DNA of 64,000 nucleotides from Octopus bimaculoides (lineage: Eukaryota), in NCBI RefSeq assembly GCF_001194135.2, contig NC_068985.1, positions 78,993,726 through 79,057,725 on the forward strand, read 5' to 3'. The first letter of the stretch is position 1. Each line of letters opens with the position of its first letter. The position numbers were made by a program, and so were the translations under genes. Shown piece after piece: positions 12,519 through 26,765 of this stretch. Under the pieces are notes generated by a model. The model was not told where the DNA came from and searched no databases. It saw only the letters and a program-made list of their open reading frames with translations.

Positions 12519-13519
12519 ATTTCTATACGTATTAAGGCATCAAATAAACTGTTTCGGAGCATGAATCCCGGGATATCCTACATATATTTATCGACATACA
12601 CACATACACACACTACTACGATCTGCACAATTTCCGTGAACCAAATTCAATCCGAGGCTATGATATAAAACACATGTTTAAAGTACAGCGCAGTGGGATC
12701 GAACCAAGAACCACGTGGTTGTGAAGCGAACTTCTTAACCACACAACAACGTCTAATAATAATTTGACCTCGAGACATTAATGGCATGAAAGTAAAACAA
12801 AAACGTAAAAGCAATTAAATGTACATGCCGGGCTTCGCTTTCGCAGTGATACTGATTAATGCTGACGATAATTTCTGTGTCAAAGATTTAGGTTTATAAT
12901 CTATGAAGTGAGAATGAGTGGCGTTCATGGGTCTCTCAAGGACATTAAGGACATGACATGAAAATGAAATGTATAGACTTGGGACCGAAACAACAGTGGT
13001 ACGCCGGTTGGATGTCAACTCATCTACCTTAATCAACAGCGATTACATTTATAGTGCAAAAGAAACATCTAGACAGTCCTGCACCGTCTGTGCTAATATA
13101 TCTAATCCCATTGTTAGTAAATAGAGAAAATGGATGGGAGAAATGGAGATATATGGGGTGGGGGTGAAAGAATGAGAGAAAACACGAACGAAGAGCAAGG
13201 AAAATATGGAAAAGAAACCGTATGAAAGAACGAAGGAATGAATAACGATAACGTAAACAAAAGAACGATAGAAAGAAAGTGAAATCGGGATAAAGAATGA
13301 AAGAGGAGATTAAAAAGGATTAAAGAAACGAAATAAATGGACAAATAAAAACTAAGCATTTAGTTTTAACGTAGATTTTATTTAAAGCACACACATTTTT
13401 ATATCATTTTTTTAAAGAAAATATGTCTTTATATTATTTAAAACAGAATCTACCAACAATTCAAAGTAAAAGTAAAAGTTAATTTTTTAATTTAAAATGT
13501 TTTAAAATATATTAATTTT

Positions 13520-13600
13520 TGATTTGTTTGCCATTAGACTGCGGTCATGCTGGGGCACCGCATTGATTTTTTAAAATCAAATGAATAATCAACCCCAGTA
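13520..13600 (-). mobile_element. SINE family A-type 3' tail fragment
   Basis: CATTAGACTGCGGTCATGCTGGGGCACCGC is the reverse complement of the family A tail GGCGGTGCTCCAGCATGGCCGCAGTC. Confidence 0.65.
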
Positions 13601-16600
13601 TTATTAAGGATTCTTTTTTTTTTTTATAATTAAAAACTAATGTTAGGCAATTTTAAAGAATAACAGTGATTTTCTTATGTATATAAAATCTATTTTGGTT
13701 TGTATGTTGTGTTTTTGTAATTTGCAATTACGTTTTTTACCAATAATAAATTGAAATGACAGCATTTTAAATTTTTAGAAAGCGAAACTAAAGCGTTCAG
13801 ATGGAAACGATATTATATACGAAAAGAAATCAGAAAAAGTACTCGAGTGTCAAGTTCCTAACCCTTAATCAGGGTTTTTCAGATGTTCAATGCAATAAAA
13901 TTCCAAAGACCTTTTGTTTTTTAAAAAGAAAAAGAAGCGAAGGGGAGTGGTTTAATAAATTCACAGAGAAAGGAATGAAGTGCCCAAAATTTTAAGAATG
14001 CAGCGTGGAAGACCCAAACACATACACGCGTATATACACACATTCAAAAGAACGTAAATATTAGAACAAGGAACATGGATTTGAGTTATTAACGAAGAAA
14101 ATACATACACAACTGAGAGTATCAACGTAAAAGGTGGGGGACGACAGGAGAGAAGCAATAAACTAGATTTCATAGTTTCTGTCGACCTTCATTAAGGATC
14201 GAACCTAAATAGTTTTGATTCGCAATAGTCTCGTGACTAGCCTTTGCAACAACAGCAATAACAGTAGATTTGCGCTATTACAATAGTCACTAACAAACTG
14301 ATTTTGCTGTCATGATTCCATCGTTGATAATTTACGTATGTTGTCTGTGTATGTGTGCGCTATAGCTGTGTCCGCACACACCATGTTTACTGTATGTATA
14401 CACGCGTGCGCGCACACACGTGCATGTACATGCACATATATATGCATAAATACAATTAGCTATATATGTTTATATTCATACACACACACACACATAAATG
14501 TCAGTATATAAATATATACATATACGTATGTATGCGTGCTTATGAATGTCCATGTATTGCATATATTTAAGGTATGTATATACGAGTTGCGTCTGTTTAC
14601 AACGTCGTCTATAGTACACAAGTGGCTGCATGTGTTGGAAGCTATATGCTACAGGTGTATATGTACAGAGGATGGACGTGTGAGATAAGAGTGAGTGATC
14701 GTATATTCATTCTCCACTGTTGTTTAGCCGCTATCCACCCTCCGTCTTGGCGATCCCATTTTTTGAGGAAACACAAAATACAACGTAGTCATGTGGTATG
14801 CTTCGAAGGTAGGATCTGGCTGTTATTTCTGGCAGATTAAGAGGTTTGCTCGTTGGCTCGTGCGTCTCATTCTATCCGTATTTGCTGTCGCTGTGGGTGT
14901 TTGTCGTTTAACCCAAGGCCAATCATGAACTGACAGACGTTTGTTCAGCAGCTTTCCAGCCGTCTATCTCGCTGTCTTTTTTTAATGTTTACATTATCTA
15001 ATGTGTCAGTTTCTCTTTTTTTAAGGATGGTTAGAGTATAATATATTTGTAGGAAGGGGAAATTTAGTTGATATTTCGGCTCGGCTGATACCCGAGCAAA
15101 AATATTTAACTGATTAAATGGATATTCCGTAAGAAAAGCTTTGATGTAGTACTTAATCTAAGCTATAACGTAAATAAAGTTATGGTACTCATACTTTCTC
15201 AGTGTTTCTGCACTATATGTGTATGTGTTTTATACATATGTATATATGTATGCATGTGCATATTTAGTAAGGGAATTACATTTTCTACGGAATTCGGAAA
15301 AAGGGTAAGGTCTTTTTCATTTTTTCTTCTTAGAATTTACAATCCTAAAAGAAGTTTTTCTCAAATTTTTATTTTGTTACACTTAATACCCACCCTATAT
15401 AATCCTTTTTCTTTCCCATTAGGTATGGGGGGCGCCTATTTCGAAACACATCCGCCGCGTTCTTCCCCTTAAGAAAAAAAAATGAATAGAACATTTCAAG
15501 ATATGTGAAAGTGACTTTATGGTTCTCTTATTTGTAAGTAAGGACGTTCTCAATGTTTTCAATTCAACGGATGGCGACGGACCTAAACGTAAATTGTATA
15601 AATATGTTTGGTTTGCACTTCTATAAATTACATTTTGTCTATATTTGTAAATTCCATATTCAGTTTTTGAAAGAATTTGAAACTGAAACAATACATTATG
15701 CTTTTTCTCTCAATATTGAATACATATTACCCTCTGTAATACAACTGCTATTTCAAAAGAAGATCGACTGACCACGTATTAAGTTCCATTGCTTGCAACC
15801 TCTGACTGTCTCGTTATGTTTATAAGCATGTGAGTACGAGCACGCGCACGTGTATATGCGAGCGTGCGTGTTAAATAAAATAGCTATGTCCGATTACGCG
15901 TAGGTAGGAAACAAATGAGTATATCATGTACTCTAATAGAATTTGACAAATAGTAATCCTTTAATTAATATGAATAATGTTCGGCTATCGCATAATAATA
16001 CTCAAGCACGAATCCAAGAAAAAGTCACATGAAAAAATAGAATCCAGGGAAAATAATCACAAGAAAAACAGAAGTTAAGAAAATAACATGATAGAAAAAG
16101 TCACAGGAAAAAAAAAAAAGGTCGTTTTTGTTTTGTTTCATGAATTACGAATGAATAAAGTGGGTTTTCGTTTTCTTTTACATTTGCGCAATACCAATGA
16201 TATAAATTCTTTATTCACTGTGTACAAGTTAGTAACTTTAACATTTTTAAATATTTTAAATGAAAGGGAAGTTCTTCTCTGCCAAAATTGCGACTTTTAA
16301 TTTTTTCTTCTGCAAAATATTTTGTTGATTCCTAGCTCGTTCACTGTTAGGATACATACATACCCACCCAGTGACAAAACTGTTGTTTAAAATTTATTTC
16401 ATCGTCCGATACTGTTTTCCAGTTTCACTCTAACCTGGTGTAATTCAAGTACTTCAGTTTTATTAGCTTTAAGTTAGCCCTATCGAGCTAAATCTAAGAT
16501 AAAAAGTGTTCCAGCTAGACAGACATCGTAGGACCCATATATTATCCATTGCACCCTTCTGGGTTTTTTCTTTTCTTTTAAAGATGATAAGCGTGTTGTT

Positions 16601-16849
16601 TGAGGAAGATTCATGTGTTTCGTAGCAGATTAATGACAACGTAATAAATAGATCATTTGCTCGTCCAAAGTACTTGTAATATAGCCAGGGTAGATTTAAT
16701 CCTCTATAACCCGCCTCCTATACATTTCTGGCATTGTGCCACTACTACTACTAGAAATCATTATTATAATTGCATCGTATATGGATAAATTAAGTCATAT
16801 CAATTATATAGCTAGAGTGCATACGTTAAAAGTACTCTATCAATTGTTT

Positions 16850-17040
16850 AGTCCCAGGTCAGCCATGAAGATACGTTATCATAAGCGTTCCAGCCATGAC
16901 CATCATGTCATTTTCAAGGCAGTGGAAAGAAGAGTACATATCTAATGCATGTTTTGTTTTTAAGACTGCAGGGCGTGATTTGAAAATTTGACTGCTATTT
17001 CTAGCAAAGTAAGCTACTGTGTAGAGGCTACTTCGTTAGC
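16850..17040. repeat. Interspersed repeat family G (unclassified)
   Basis: Motif ...TTTGACTGCTATTTCTAGCA..G..AC..GTAGAGGC recurs at about 2040 (rc), 29450 (rc), 49420, 50980 and 58720. Confidence 0.5.
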
Positions 17041-17159
17041 ACATATTTTTGTTGATGGGTTGCGTCGACTTTTCCTTTCTTTTTAGATCGCATTATATAT
17101 CTATCCTTCTTCCCGAGCTTGCTCATCAACTACATACACATATGTATATGTATATATTT

Positions 17160-17194
<35 letters not shown>

Positions 17195-18297
17195 CTGTCT
17201 CAACATACCCATGACTGCCTATCTGTCTGTACAAACCCGTCTGTCCATTTATGTCTGTTTGCTGTTAGCTTGTACATTATATAGTTTGATGATATAGTAT
17301 GCTCATCAGGCTATCTGCCCATTATGTAAGCTCTCTTATCCACTTGTCTATCTATCTAGTCTAATATCTATCATGGTGAATTGGAGAGGATAACATTTAA
17401 ATATATTTTCGTGTGTAGGTGTAGTAACGCATCTTGATATGTGTTTCAAATATATTTATGAGTTATTGACTCCGTTAAACGTATTGACGCATATAGAAAT
17501 ATGCATATTCACAGGAAGATCGTGGTTTTTGAGGAAAGACATAAAAATGAAACAGAAGTGAGGAAAGAGAACAACCATCAGAATCAGTGGTTATGTTAAA
17601 AAGAAAATAATAAATAAAAAGTGCAAATTGAAACGTAATCCAAAATTTTCATTTACTCATTTTCAGAACTGTTTTCTCGTTCAAAATATTTTCAAGGAAA
17701 ATAAAAATAAACAAATGAGCAGTTTTCTTTCGGGACTAAGCGAAAAATGAAATTTTCAATTTAAGGTTTTGATTGACGGGAGGGGCTCGTTTAAAAGTAG
17801 GAACAAGAAAAATAATGAAAAATAAACAAACGGAAAAGAGGGACCATATTGTCAAGTTAATGTCGTTTCCCGCCACACACGCACACCTGTGGGACTGTGG
17901 GTGGACATGGTGTTCTATCAATTTATCTAATACAATAGCAATCTGATTCAGCCACAATTTTAAATACGCATAAGAACACAAGTCACTCACTAGCACAACA
18001 TAAGAATTAGAAGGTTAGTCTCAAATTCACACCATACCGTCTTGAAAAAGAAAAAAAAAAGACGTTTGATAATGAAGTCCTAAGACAGATTAGGTCTAAA
18101 AAAAATAAAGAGGGAATGATTACGGCAGAAGAGCCTTTTTAATCGTAAATCTGCAAGATGACTGACCAACCTTGAAAATACAATAACAAGAGCACATGCA
18201 CATATTAAGAAGCAAAAAGCAAATGGTTAACTACTAAAGTTTGTTTGGGTTTGAAAGCATAGAAATAATTAAATACAGTTTGTAAATACAATCACAA

Positions 18298-18513
18298 TAA
18301 TAAAAATCTTTTCTACTATAGGCAGAATTTTGGGGTAGGTGACTAATCGATTACATCAACTCTGGTTCTCGACTGGTACTTATTTTATCGACCCCGAAAG
18401 GGATGGAAGGCAAAGTTGACCTCGGCAGAAATTGAACTCAGAAAGTAAAGACGGACAAAACGCTATTATGCATTTTGCCCAATGCGCTAACGATTCTGCT
18501 AAGCTCACCACCT
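18298..18513 (-). mobile_element. SINE family B, full length
   Basis: CTGGTACTTATTTTATCGACCCCGAAAGGGATGGAAGGCAAAGTTGACCTCGGCAGAAATTGAACTCAGAA..AACGATTCTGC. Followed by (TAA)n at 18514-18560. Confidence 0.85.
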
Positions 18514-21500
18514 TAATAATAATAATAGTAATAATAGTAATAATAATAATAATAATAATAATTACAAAAATGGTGGTTGTGGTGGTGGTAAAGATACCGG
18601 TAAATATTTTTCGGGCTTTTTATAAAGAATGACTCATATACGCATAAAAAGTCTCTTGTACTTTCTTTTAGGTCAAACTTTAAAAAATTACTAGGAAAAT
18701 TTACAATTGCAATATTTTTCATTTACTGTCACTTGAAAACAAAAGAAAAAAACTAAAAAATAACCCCACCGAAATTAAGTATTTCGTAATTGGTACATTT
18801 ACGACATTCATTCATTCGTTCATTCATTCATTCATACATACATACAATTTGATTCATTCATTTTCTTCGTTATTTATTTCATGGTTAGGTGTTGTAATAT
18901 CCATTGGAAATACAATCGCGCGAGAAATTTTAAATTATTTCATATATACAAACGATAGCAACAACAAAGAAATTAGAGTTTAAGTTTTTGTAACAAAACG
19001 TCAAGAGGTTTACCTACCTACAAGATGTTTTACAAACCCGAATGATTGAGAAATTTTTTCTTTTCCGTATTAAAAATGTTTTCGTAATAAAATTATTACC
19101 AACTGTTGCGTAATCATTCTCCATCCGACGGGGGTGAAAAAATAACAGGTTCCAGCTATTTTAAATTTTATTTTTAATGAATTCGAATGATTGGAAACAC
19201 TTTTTCGTACCAAAATTGGAAAGTGTTATTTAAAAAAAAAATTCAGAGGAATTTTTTTAATACTTCAATAATGCTATATTTTAAAGCCAAAACTTAACAC
19301 TAACCCATTTTGGCTTTAAAAAAAAAATCAATTGATAAAATATCCCATAAGAAAACTAAAAAAAAAAATACTACAAAAACAATGCAAAAAGAAATGAAAA
19401 TATCTTCATTGGNNNNNNNNNNNNNNNNNNNNNNNNNNNNNNNNNNNNNNNNNNNNNNNNNNNNNNNNNNNNNNNNNNNNNNNNNNNNNNNNNNNNNNNN
19501 NNNNNNNNNNNNNNNNNNNNNNNNNNNNNNNNNNNNNNNNNNNNNNNNNNNNNNNNNNNNNNNNNNNNNNNNNNNNNNNNNNNNNNNNNNNNNNNNNNNN
19601 NNNNNATATATATATAAATGCTGGAGACTTCACAAGCGTTACTCCGAGTTTTACGTTACCGATATTCGGACAAGGGAAAATACATAGAGAGAAACTCGCA
19701 CTCGCACACACTAGTATACAGAGAGAACGAAGAAAAGAGAAACGTAGAGGAAAAACTTAAATACACAGGAAGAAATACATGCACACGTGTGTGAGTAGGT
19801 GTGTGTAGATATATATATATATATGTAAATAAAAACTATATACTTGAAGGAGGGAGAGTGTTATAGATGTATAAACAAGCACATGGTTAAGTGTTCAGTT
19901 TATCAGCTGTTGCTATTCATCCTAGTAAGTGAATAGTACGTAATGTTTCTGTGTACTCTATGAGAATAACCATGTTTGCCTGTAATATGTGCATGCGCCT
20001 TCGAGTCTATGTTTGTGTATACACAATACATGTAATTGGTATATATATGTAAGTATATATATTAGCTGGAGTCGATTATAAAAATGTAGGTGCGTGCACA
20101 GCACCCGCAAGGGTGTATGTGTGTGTGTGTGTGTGTGTGTCTATTACGCTAGTCTTCTTCGGCCATTAAGTTGTTTTATGAAGAGTCTGATAAAGTGGTA
20201 AAGTTGGAAGTAAGCAGAGTAGACTTTATATAAACAAAAACGAAGGTGGTTACGTAGTAGAAAAAAAAATAGATGCATAGAATATAAAAATAAAAAGATG
20301 ACAAGGATAAACGCGAAAGACGACAAACAACGACAGTGATGACGGCGACAATTAATAAACAAAAGCAACGTTGTTCGATGTATGATGAAAAGAAGAAAAA
20401 AAGAAGAAACGTTTAAATAATAGGTTAATCGTATATTTTGACTGAGGAAATTAAAAACCACGTCAGCGAATGAATATACACTTTTCACATAACTAATTGG
20501 TGCTTTGGGAATACATATATAATTATAAACAAAACGCTTTTCAACTATTTTAATGTCAGTAATTTGAGGACTGTACATTATATTAGCTGTCTATCCCTTT
20601 GCTGACATAGTTTTATTTTAATTCCCTGTTAAAAATATACGGAATAGCAAACTTAGCTCATATTCTGCCAGTGTACGTATGTCTATATGTATATTTACAC
20701 ACACACATATATATAAACATATGCATATATGTGTGCGTGTGTGAACTGGCTCGACATAACATGATTTTCAATAACCGCAGTTCAAATCCACGATATTCAG
20801 GGGGAAAAAATGTGTTGAGCAGAGGGGGTGGGGTGTTGAGCTGTCAGAGTGCAACGGGTGATAGTGTTACCGTGTTTATGTGTGTTTACGTTGTTGTGGT
20901 CGTCAAGATTTAGGATGTACCAACTTCCTTCCTCTATTTTTTATTTTTTTATTCTTCCATTCATTCACTCATTCATTCGTTGCTAACAATCAACAATGAC
21001 GTTTTTGATAATATATCAAATGCACTATTAACACAGAGGAAAACACATACTCAACACACACACACACACACACACGCATAGACAGATACACATATTATTA
21101 CACAGACACACCTACCCGACCATTAACAACATATGACATCAACACAGAGAGCGGCAAAAATAAAGATGCCTACCTGTTTCTCAAAATTAACATTTCTCCG
21201 TCAAGTCAGCCATTTTAAGTACACACACAGGGAGAACTCATTGCTTCTTGTTGCTTTTACTCCGTCGCAGACCGCATTATGCTTCCCTTTGGTTTCTATG
21301 TTGTGTGTAAAAGTCTGTATAGTGTGGTGAGTTCGTGTTATGTGTGTGAAAGAGAGAGAGAGAGAGAGAGAAATCAGTAAGTGGCAAAGTATGGGAGTGA
21401 GAAAGAGATAGTATGTGTGTTCGAGAGAGAGAAAGAGAAATACAGAGCATGTGCGAGAGGGAGAGAAAGTCTGAATATCAATGTGTGTGTGTGTGTGTGA

Positions 21501-22654
21501 AAGAGAGAGAGAAAGAAAGACTGCGAATGTGAAATATTGATAGACAGTGTAAGCCTGTGTGTAGAGTTAGTTTTAATCACTGCGTCGTTTTGTCGATAGA
21601 AATAAATTCCATACGGCTAAGAGAGAGAAAGAAAAAACCAAGCTTACTTGTAGCAATAACAAATGTTTATTAACATTTGTCTTCTGCCAGTTTGCCCCCT
21701 ATAAATTTCTACTCAAACTTGCATAAATAATTTTTAAAGTTTTCCTTTTTTTTTTCTTGGAGGGGAAGATGACACCACCACCACCAACAACAACAACAAA
21801 AACTATTACATGAAGGAACAAATTTAAAACAAATTTTTTTTCTTTATTCTTCCGTCCCTATCATCTGCCACCCTCTCTCTTTCCCCTCCTAGCAACTTTC
21901 AAAGTAAGAGAACAGAAAAATATAAAAAATAGGAGACGAAAAACTCTAAAGAAACTTAACTTTATTCATATATATATGTATATATATATGTGTGTGTGTG
22001 TGTATTATGTGCACGAAATGTAGTCAACAAGTGTTTGATAAACCGACAAAGCAGCCAGCTAGCATCCCACAGAGTGAGGGAGAGAGGGAGGGAATAAGCG
22101 TGGAACTCCTATATATATTACATACACAATCGTAGATAATACATAGCATAATTACAGCACGCTACAAATCCACATTTATACAATCACATTATTGTAACTG
22201 AATATAAAGTGTAAAAATAAATTTTCAATTCTCAACCGATTGCTTCAACACGTATCTCTTTTTTTTCTTTACTCTGTTTATCTTTTTTTTTTTACATGTA
22301 GCTTTTCTTCGTTCGTTCGTTCCTTTCTTCTTTCCTTCCTTCTTTTTCCTTTTCTTTCCCTCTTTCTATCTTCTATTTCCTTCATCTTTATACTGTTTCT
22401 TTCAACGCAATGCAAAGGTTGAGCAAGATTGTTTTAGTTATGCGGAGGATCTCTTTCCCTCCCTCCCCTCTTTCTCTCTCTCTCACTTCAAATGTTATTT
22501 GAAAGTCTAAAGTTACACATAAGAGAAAAGGTAAAAAGGATCATTTCTTTTTATTTATATATGTATTTTTTTTATTGTTAGGACCAAGGGGTACAAACGA
22601 TATTACCGCATCGTAGAAAATTGCTGGGCATGTATCCTTAACTTAGACACATGA

Positions 22655-23387
22655 TGTATAATCGCTTTGCAACCACGCGGTTTCTAGTTCAGTCTCACTA
22701 TAGCACTGGGCCGACAATACCTTGTCAGAAAATTTGGTAGACGGAAACTGTGTAGAAGCCCGTTGCATATATATATATATATATATANNNNNNNNNNNNN
22801 NNNNNNNNNNNNNNNNNNNNNNNNNNNNNNNNNNNNNNNNNNNNNNNNNNNNNNNNNNNNNNNNNNNNNNNNNNNNNNNNNNNNNNNNNNNNNNNNNNNN
22901 NNNNNNNNNNNNNNNNNNNNNNNNNNNNNNNNNNNNNNNNNNNNNNNNNNNNNNNNNNNNNNNNNNNNNNNNNNNNNNNNNNNNNNNNNNNNNNNNNNNN
23001 NNNNNNNNNNNNNNNNNNNNNNNNNNNNNNNNNNNNNNNNNNNNNNNNNNNNNNNNNNNNNNNNNNNNNNNNNNNNNNNNNNNNNNNNNNNNNNNNNNNN
23101 NNNNNNNNNNNNNNNNNNNNNNNNNNNNNNNNNNNNNNNNNNNNNNNNNNNNNNNNNNNNNNTATATATATATATGTGTTTGTGTATCTGTGTTTGTCTC
23201 CTACCATCGCTTGACAACCGATGCTGGTGTGTTTACGTCCCCGTAACTTAGCGGTTCGGCAAAAAGAGACCGATAGAATAAGTACTAGGCTTACAAAGAA
23301 TAAGTCCTGGGGTCGATTTTATCGACTAAAGGCGGTGCTCCAGCATGGCCGCAGTCAAATGACTGAAACGAGTAAAAGAGTAAAGAG
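22655..23387 (+). mobile_element. SINE family A spanning an assembly gap in its central (TA)n
   Basis: Head ends GGTAGACGGAAACTG..AGAAGCCCGTTG-(TA)n. After the gap comes the tail TGTGTTTGTCTCCTACCATCGCTTGACAACCGATGCTGG...ATGACTGAAACGAGTAAAAGAG. Confidence 0.85.
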
Positions 23388-23444
23388 TATATATATATAT
23401 ATATATATATATTTCTTTCAGAAGGATCAACATTAGCACAAATA

Positions 23445-23830
23445 AAATCTTGTAATATAGAGGCTTATTGAAGACAGCAAATAGCAAAACTTAAAATCTG
23501 TTACAACATTCGTAAACTTTAGTAAATCTTTCGACTCAGTCCACCGTGACAAACTTATGCAGATTCTCTAGGCGTTACGTTATCCATGACACCTGCAAAA
23601 TCACGATCAACATTCTCTACAAAAATACTGACGCTCAGCTGTTATCTGATGGTGACATAGATTCATCTGAGTTCCTGATAGGAAGTACTACAAGGTGATA
23701 CTCTTGCACCTTTGCTGTTCATTATAGCCTTAGATTACTTATTACTAATTACATCAGATGTAGCAGAAATAGGTTTCCAAATATGTCCTCCAAAATGTAG
23801 ACGTCAACGTACTGTTATAATTGCATACTT
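23445..23830 (+). mobile_element. RTE-clade LINE reverse transcriptase fragment (stops, frameshifts)
   Basis: Translation gives RLIEDSK*QNLKSVTTFVNFSKSFDSVHRDKLMQIL and VLQGDTLAPLLFIIALDYLL. Confidence 0.85.
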
Positions 23831-23939
23831 TATTCCTACATATGTTTCAAAGGATTACAACCTGTGTGATCCATAGGGATCTTTGATATTAAAATTGTAA
23901 CCTTCTCATCAGGGAAAGCATGGGAATCATCTTAAACGT

Positions 23940-23992
23940 GGGCACGTATGTGCATATGTATAAATGTGGACGTATGAGTGTATATATATATA

Positions 23993-24027
<35 letters not shown>

Positions 24028-24470
24028 GTATATACAAGTGCACATATGTATGTATATGTATATACATATATATATATATATGTGTGTGTGTGTATCAGTT
24101 TGCATGTATGTGTGTGTTTGTGTATATGTATTTATGTATGCATGTACGTTCTCACACATTTANNNNNNNNNNNNNNNNNNNNNNNNNNNNNNNNNNNNNN
24201 NNNNNNNNNNNNNNNNNNNNNNNNNNNNNNNNNNNNNNNNNNNNNNNNNNNNNNNNNNNNNNNNNNNNNNNNNNNNNNNNNNNNNNNNNNNNNNNNNNNN
24301 NNNNNNNNNNNNNNNNNNNNNNNNNNNNNNNNNNNNNNNNNNNNNNNNNNNNNNNNNNNNNNNNNNNNNNNNNNNNNNNNNNNNNNNNNNNNNNNNNNNN
24401 NNNNNNNNNNNNNNNNNNNNNNNNNNNNNNNNNNNNNNNNNNNNNNNNNNNNNNNNNNNNNNNNNNNNNN

Positions 24471-24515
<45 letters not shown>

Positions 24516-24530
24516 TATATGTATGTATAT
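23940..24530. repeat. Compound (TA)/(TG) microsatellite around a gap
   Basis: Read directly. Confidence 0.95.
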
Positions 24531-26552
24531 AAGTATTGTTTAATGAATGTAGTATATATTTTGAGCTACTAATAGTTTCATGTGATGAAAAAGCCACAAA
24601 CAGCATTTTACAACCCATCTGGTGCCTTCATGTAATCTTCTGGTTATAGCTTGTAGCTCATAAAAGTATATACTGTGTTCATTAAACAATATTTATCTCT
24701 CACCAGATGTACTTTTTGGGTTAAACTTAACCTTCACGGAACAGTATACTATGTGTGTGTGTGTGTGTGTGTGAATGGAGTTGCAGGAAGTTTTTCATTA
24801 GTTGCTGACTGGAATTCACAACGATTTTAGAACATTTATCAGGTGTTTTTCAGCTCATATCAAAGAACATAGTTTTATGTCTACGGCTCTCATGTCCATA
24901 GGGTCAGCACGTGACACATGGGGTAATTTGACTTCCTAAAAGGTTTGAATCTAGTATTTTTGTTTTAAAACTAAGAATGATTAGAACAAAGAAAAAGAAA
25001 CGAGAAAACTATTCAGAGAAAAGAGTATCTTTCGACTAGGAAAAAAAAATCATCTTTTCAACTACAGTCTTCAAGGAATGGAAAACTGAGTGGGTTGAAT
25101 TATGAGCTCGTATCTAGAGTATCTCCCGGAGCTGAAGCAGTTCCGATTTTGAAGGCGCACCCCATGCTTGACATGTGAATTTTGGAGAAAAGAAAAAGAA
25201 GAAAACGATTGACATAAAAACAAGGCGAGAGCTCTTTTAAAACTTTGCCAAGATGTCTTGTTAGTGACTTATCAACATGTACATCTTGTTGATCCTTATA
25301 TAACCTGCAAGTTTCTCTTTTTGATTTTTTTAAAATTTTACTATACAATTCTATAGTAAGTTTAGTATAGATAACCTTCTTCTGCAGCAAGACATTAAAC
25401 TGCAATTAGTGGCGAGGCTCCAGCTCGGGAACTTAGGAGTTTTTAAAAAGATGAGGTTACTCCTTTGTCATCACTATTCCAAGTCTGCACTGGAGCTCTG
25501 GCCCTAGATGAAAGTACCTATTAAGGGCTTCAGCTACAAGTAAAAAAGCAAAAGACGGTCTTATGGCTAAGGTGAGTCATACACAACTTGGAGGAGGGCT
25601 ATCCTTTACATAAGCCCACTGTTATGTATATATAAACTGATGTCAAGTGAACCGAGTCCCCTGCTTAAGGGTTAAGTAGAACCTGTACCTCAAGAGTAAG
25701 CTCGAGAAAGCAGACGATTAGCAGAGTAAACTGTAACTGAACTGACTGAAGGCAGTTGGAAACCACTTCTTGTATCTTTCAACTCCCATTTCCACTCCAA
25801 AAGTCACGGATCTTCAGGATCTTCAGATTTGGCATGGGGTCCATGACGCATGAAAACAGAACTGGCTTACGAAAAGATGTAACCTTCGTTTTGTAAGGCC
25901 CCGCAATACAGTTTTGGAACTTAAGAAAAATGACGTCCTGAAAATCTGGTAAAGTAGTCGCTGATACAAAGCCTTTCGAACTTTATATGATGGCTAGGTT
26001 TTTGTTGCTTAAGAAAATGTTAGATTAGATAGAGGTATTGTTTTAGCAATTTAATAAGAGTAACTGATTCGTATTGTTCCAACAGTGTCATTGAGATCCG
26101 ATAATGCATAATTTCTGTATCCTTCTGCGCTTTTGGTTTCAAAGGCAAGAATGAGAATTTCGGGTAAAGTTCTGACCGCAAGCTTTTCGGTATTACGCAA
26201 GAAAACAAGCTCATGTGAACAAGGCCTCCCAAACTGGAGTAAATTTACTTCTCCCGTATATTGGATAAATTTCACCTGCCCAGGTGCTAAATTTGTTGAT
26301 TCTGGATTTGTATGTATTTTTTTTCATTTATAATTTTTTTTTTTAATCTAAGGCTGAGGCAAAAAACAATTTTTTTTTCTATTACTTTAATTCAAAGATC
26401 TGTGTTATATATTTCTTAGTTACTGTGTTGCTAATGGAATAATCTAATTCAGAAGTTTGTGTTTGGTTCTGCTATCTGTTCACCATCATTAGTTCATAAA
26501 TATGTGAAACATTTTTATCTGCTATTTTTATTAATATTGTTATATGAAGTTA

Positions 26553-26765
26553 AGTCGGTGAGCTGGCAGAATCGTTACCACAAAATCGTTACGAACAAAA
26601 TGCATAGAGACATTCACGTTCTGAGACCAACTGCCACCGTGGTCGATTTTGTCTTTCGTCCTTTCAGCATCGATAAAATAACTACCAGTTGAAAACTGTA
26701 GCCAATGTAATCGACTTTCCCCTCCCCTCAAAATTGTTGGCCTTGTGCCAAAATTACAAAGAATT
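26553..26765 (+). mobile_element. SINE family B
   Basis: GGTGAGCTGGCAGAATCGTTA..ACGTTCTGAG..GGTCGATTTTGTCTTTCGTCCTTTC..CGATAAAATAACTACCAGTTG..GGCCTTGTGCCAAAATT. Confidence 0.8.

Noticed and set aside
14385-14450. Alternating purine-pyrimidine tract (Z-DNA potential)
   Set aside because: Indistinguishable from the pervasive decayed (CA)/(TG) microsatellites in this window.
17283-17310. Minus-strand CTGATGAGCAT..CAAAC hammerhead-like remnant
   Set aside because: Lacks the G of GAAA, a paired stem II and a cleavage triplet.
24562-24660. Terminal stem TGAGCTAC/GTAGCTCA enclosing GTGATGA (box C-like): possible C/D snoRNA
   Set aside because: No box D (CTGA) near the 3' stem and no recognisable rRNA guide.
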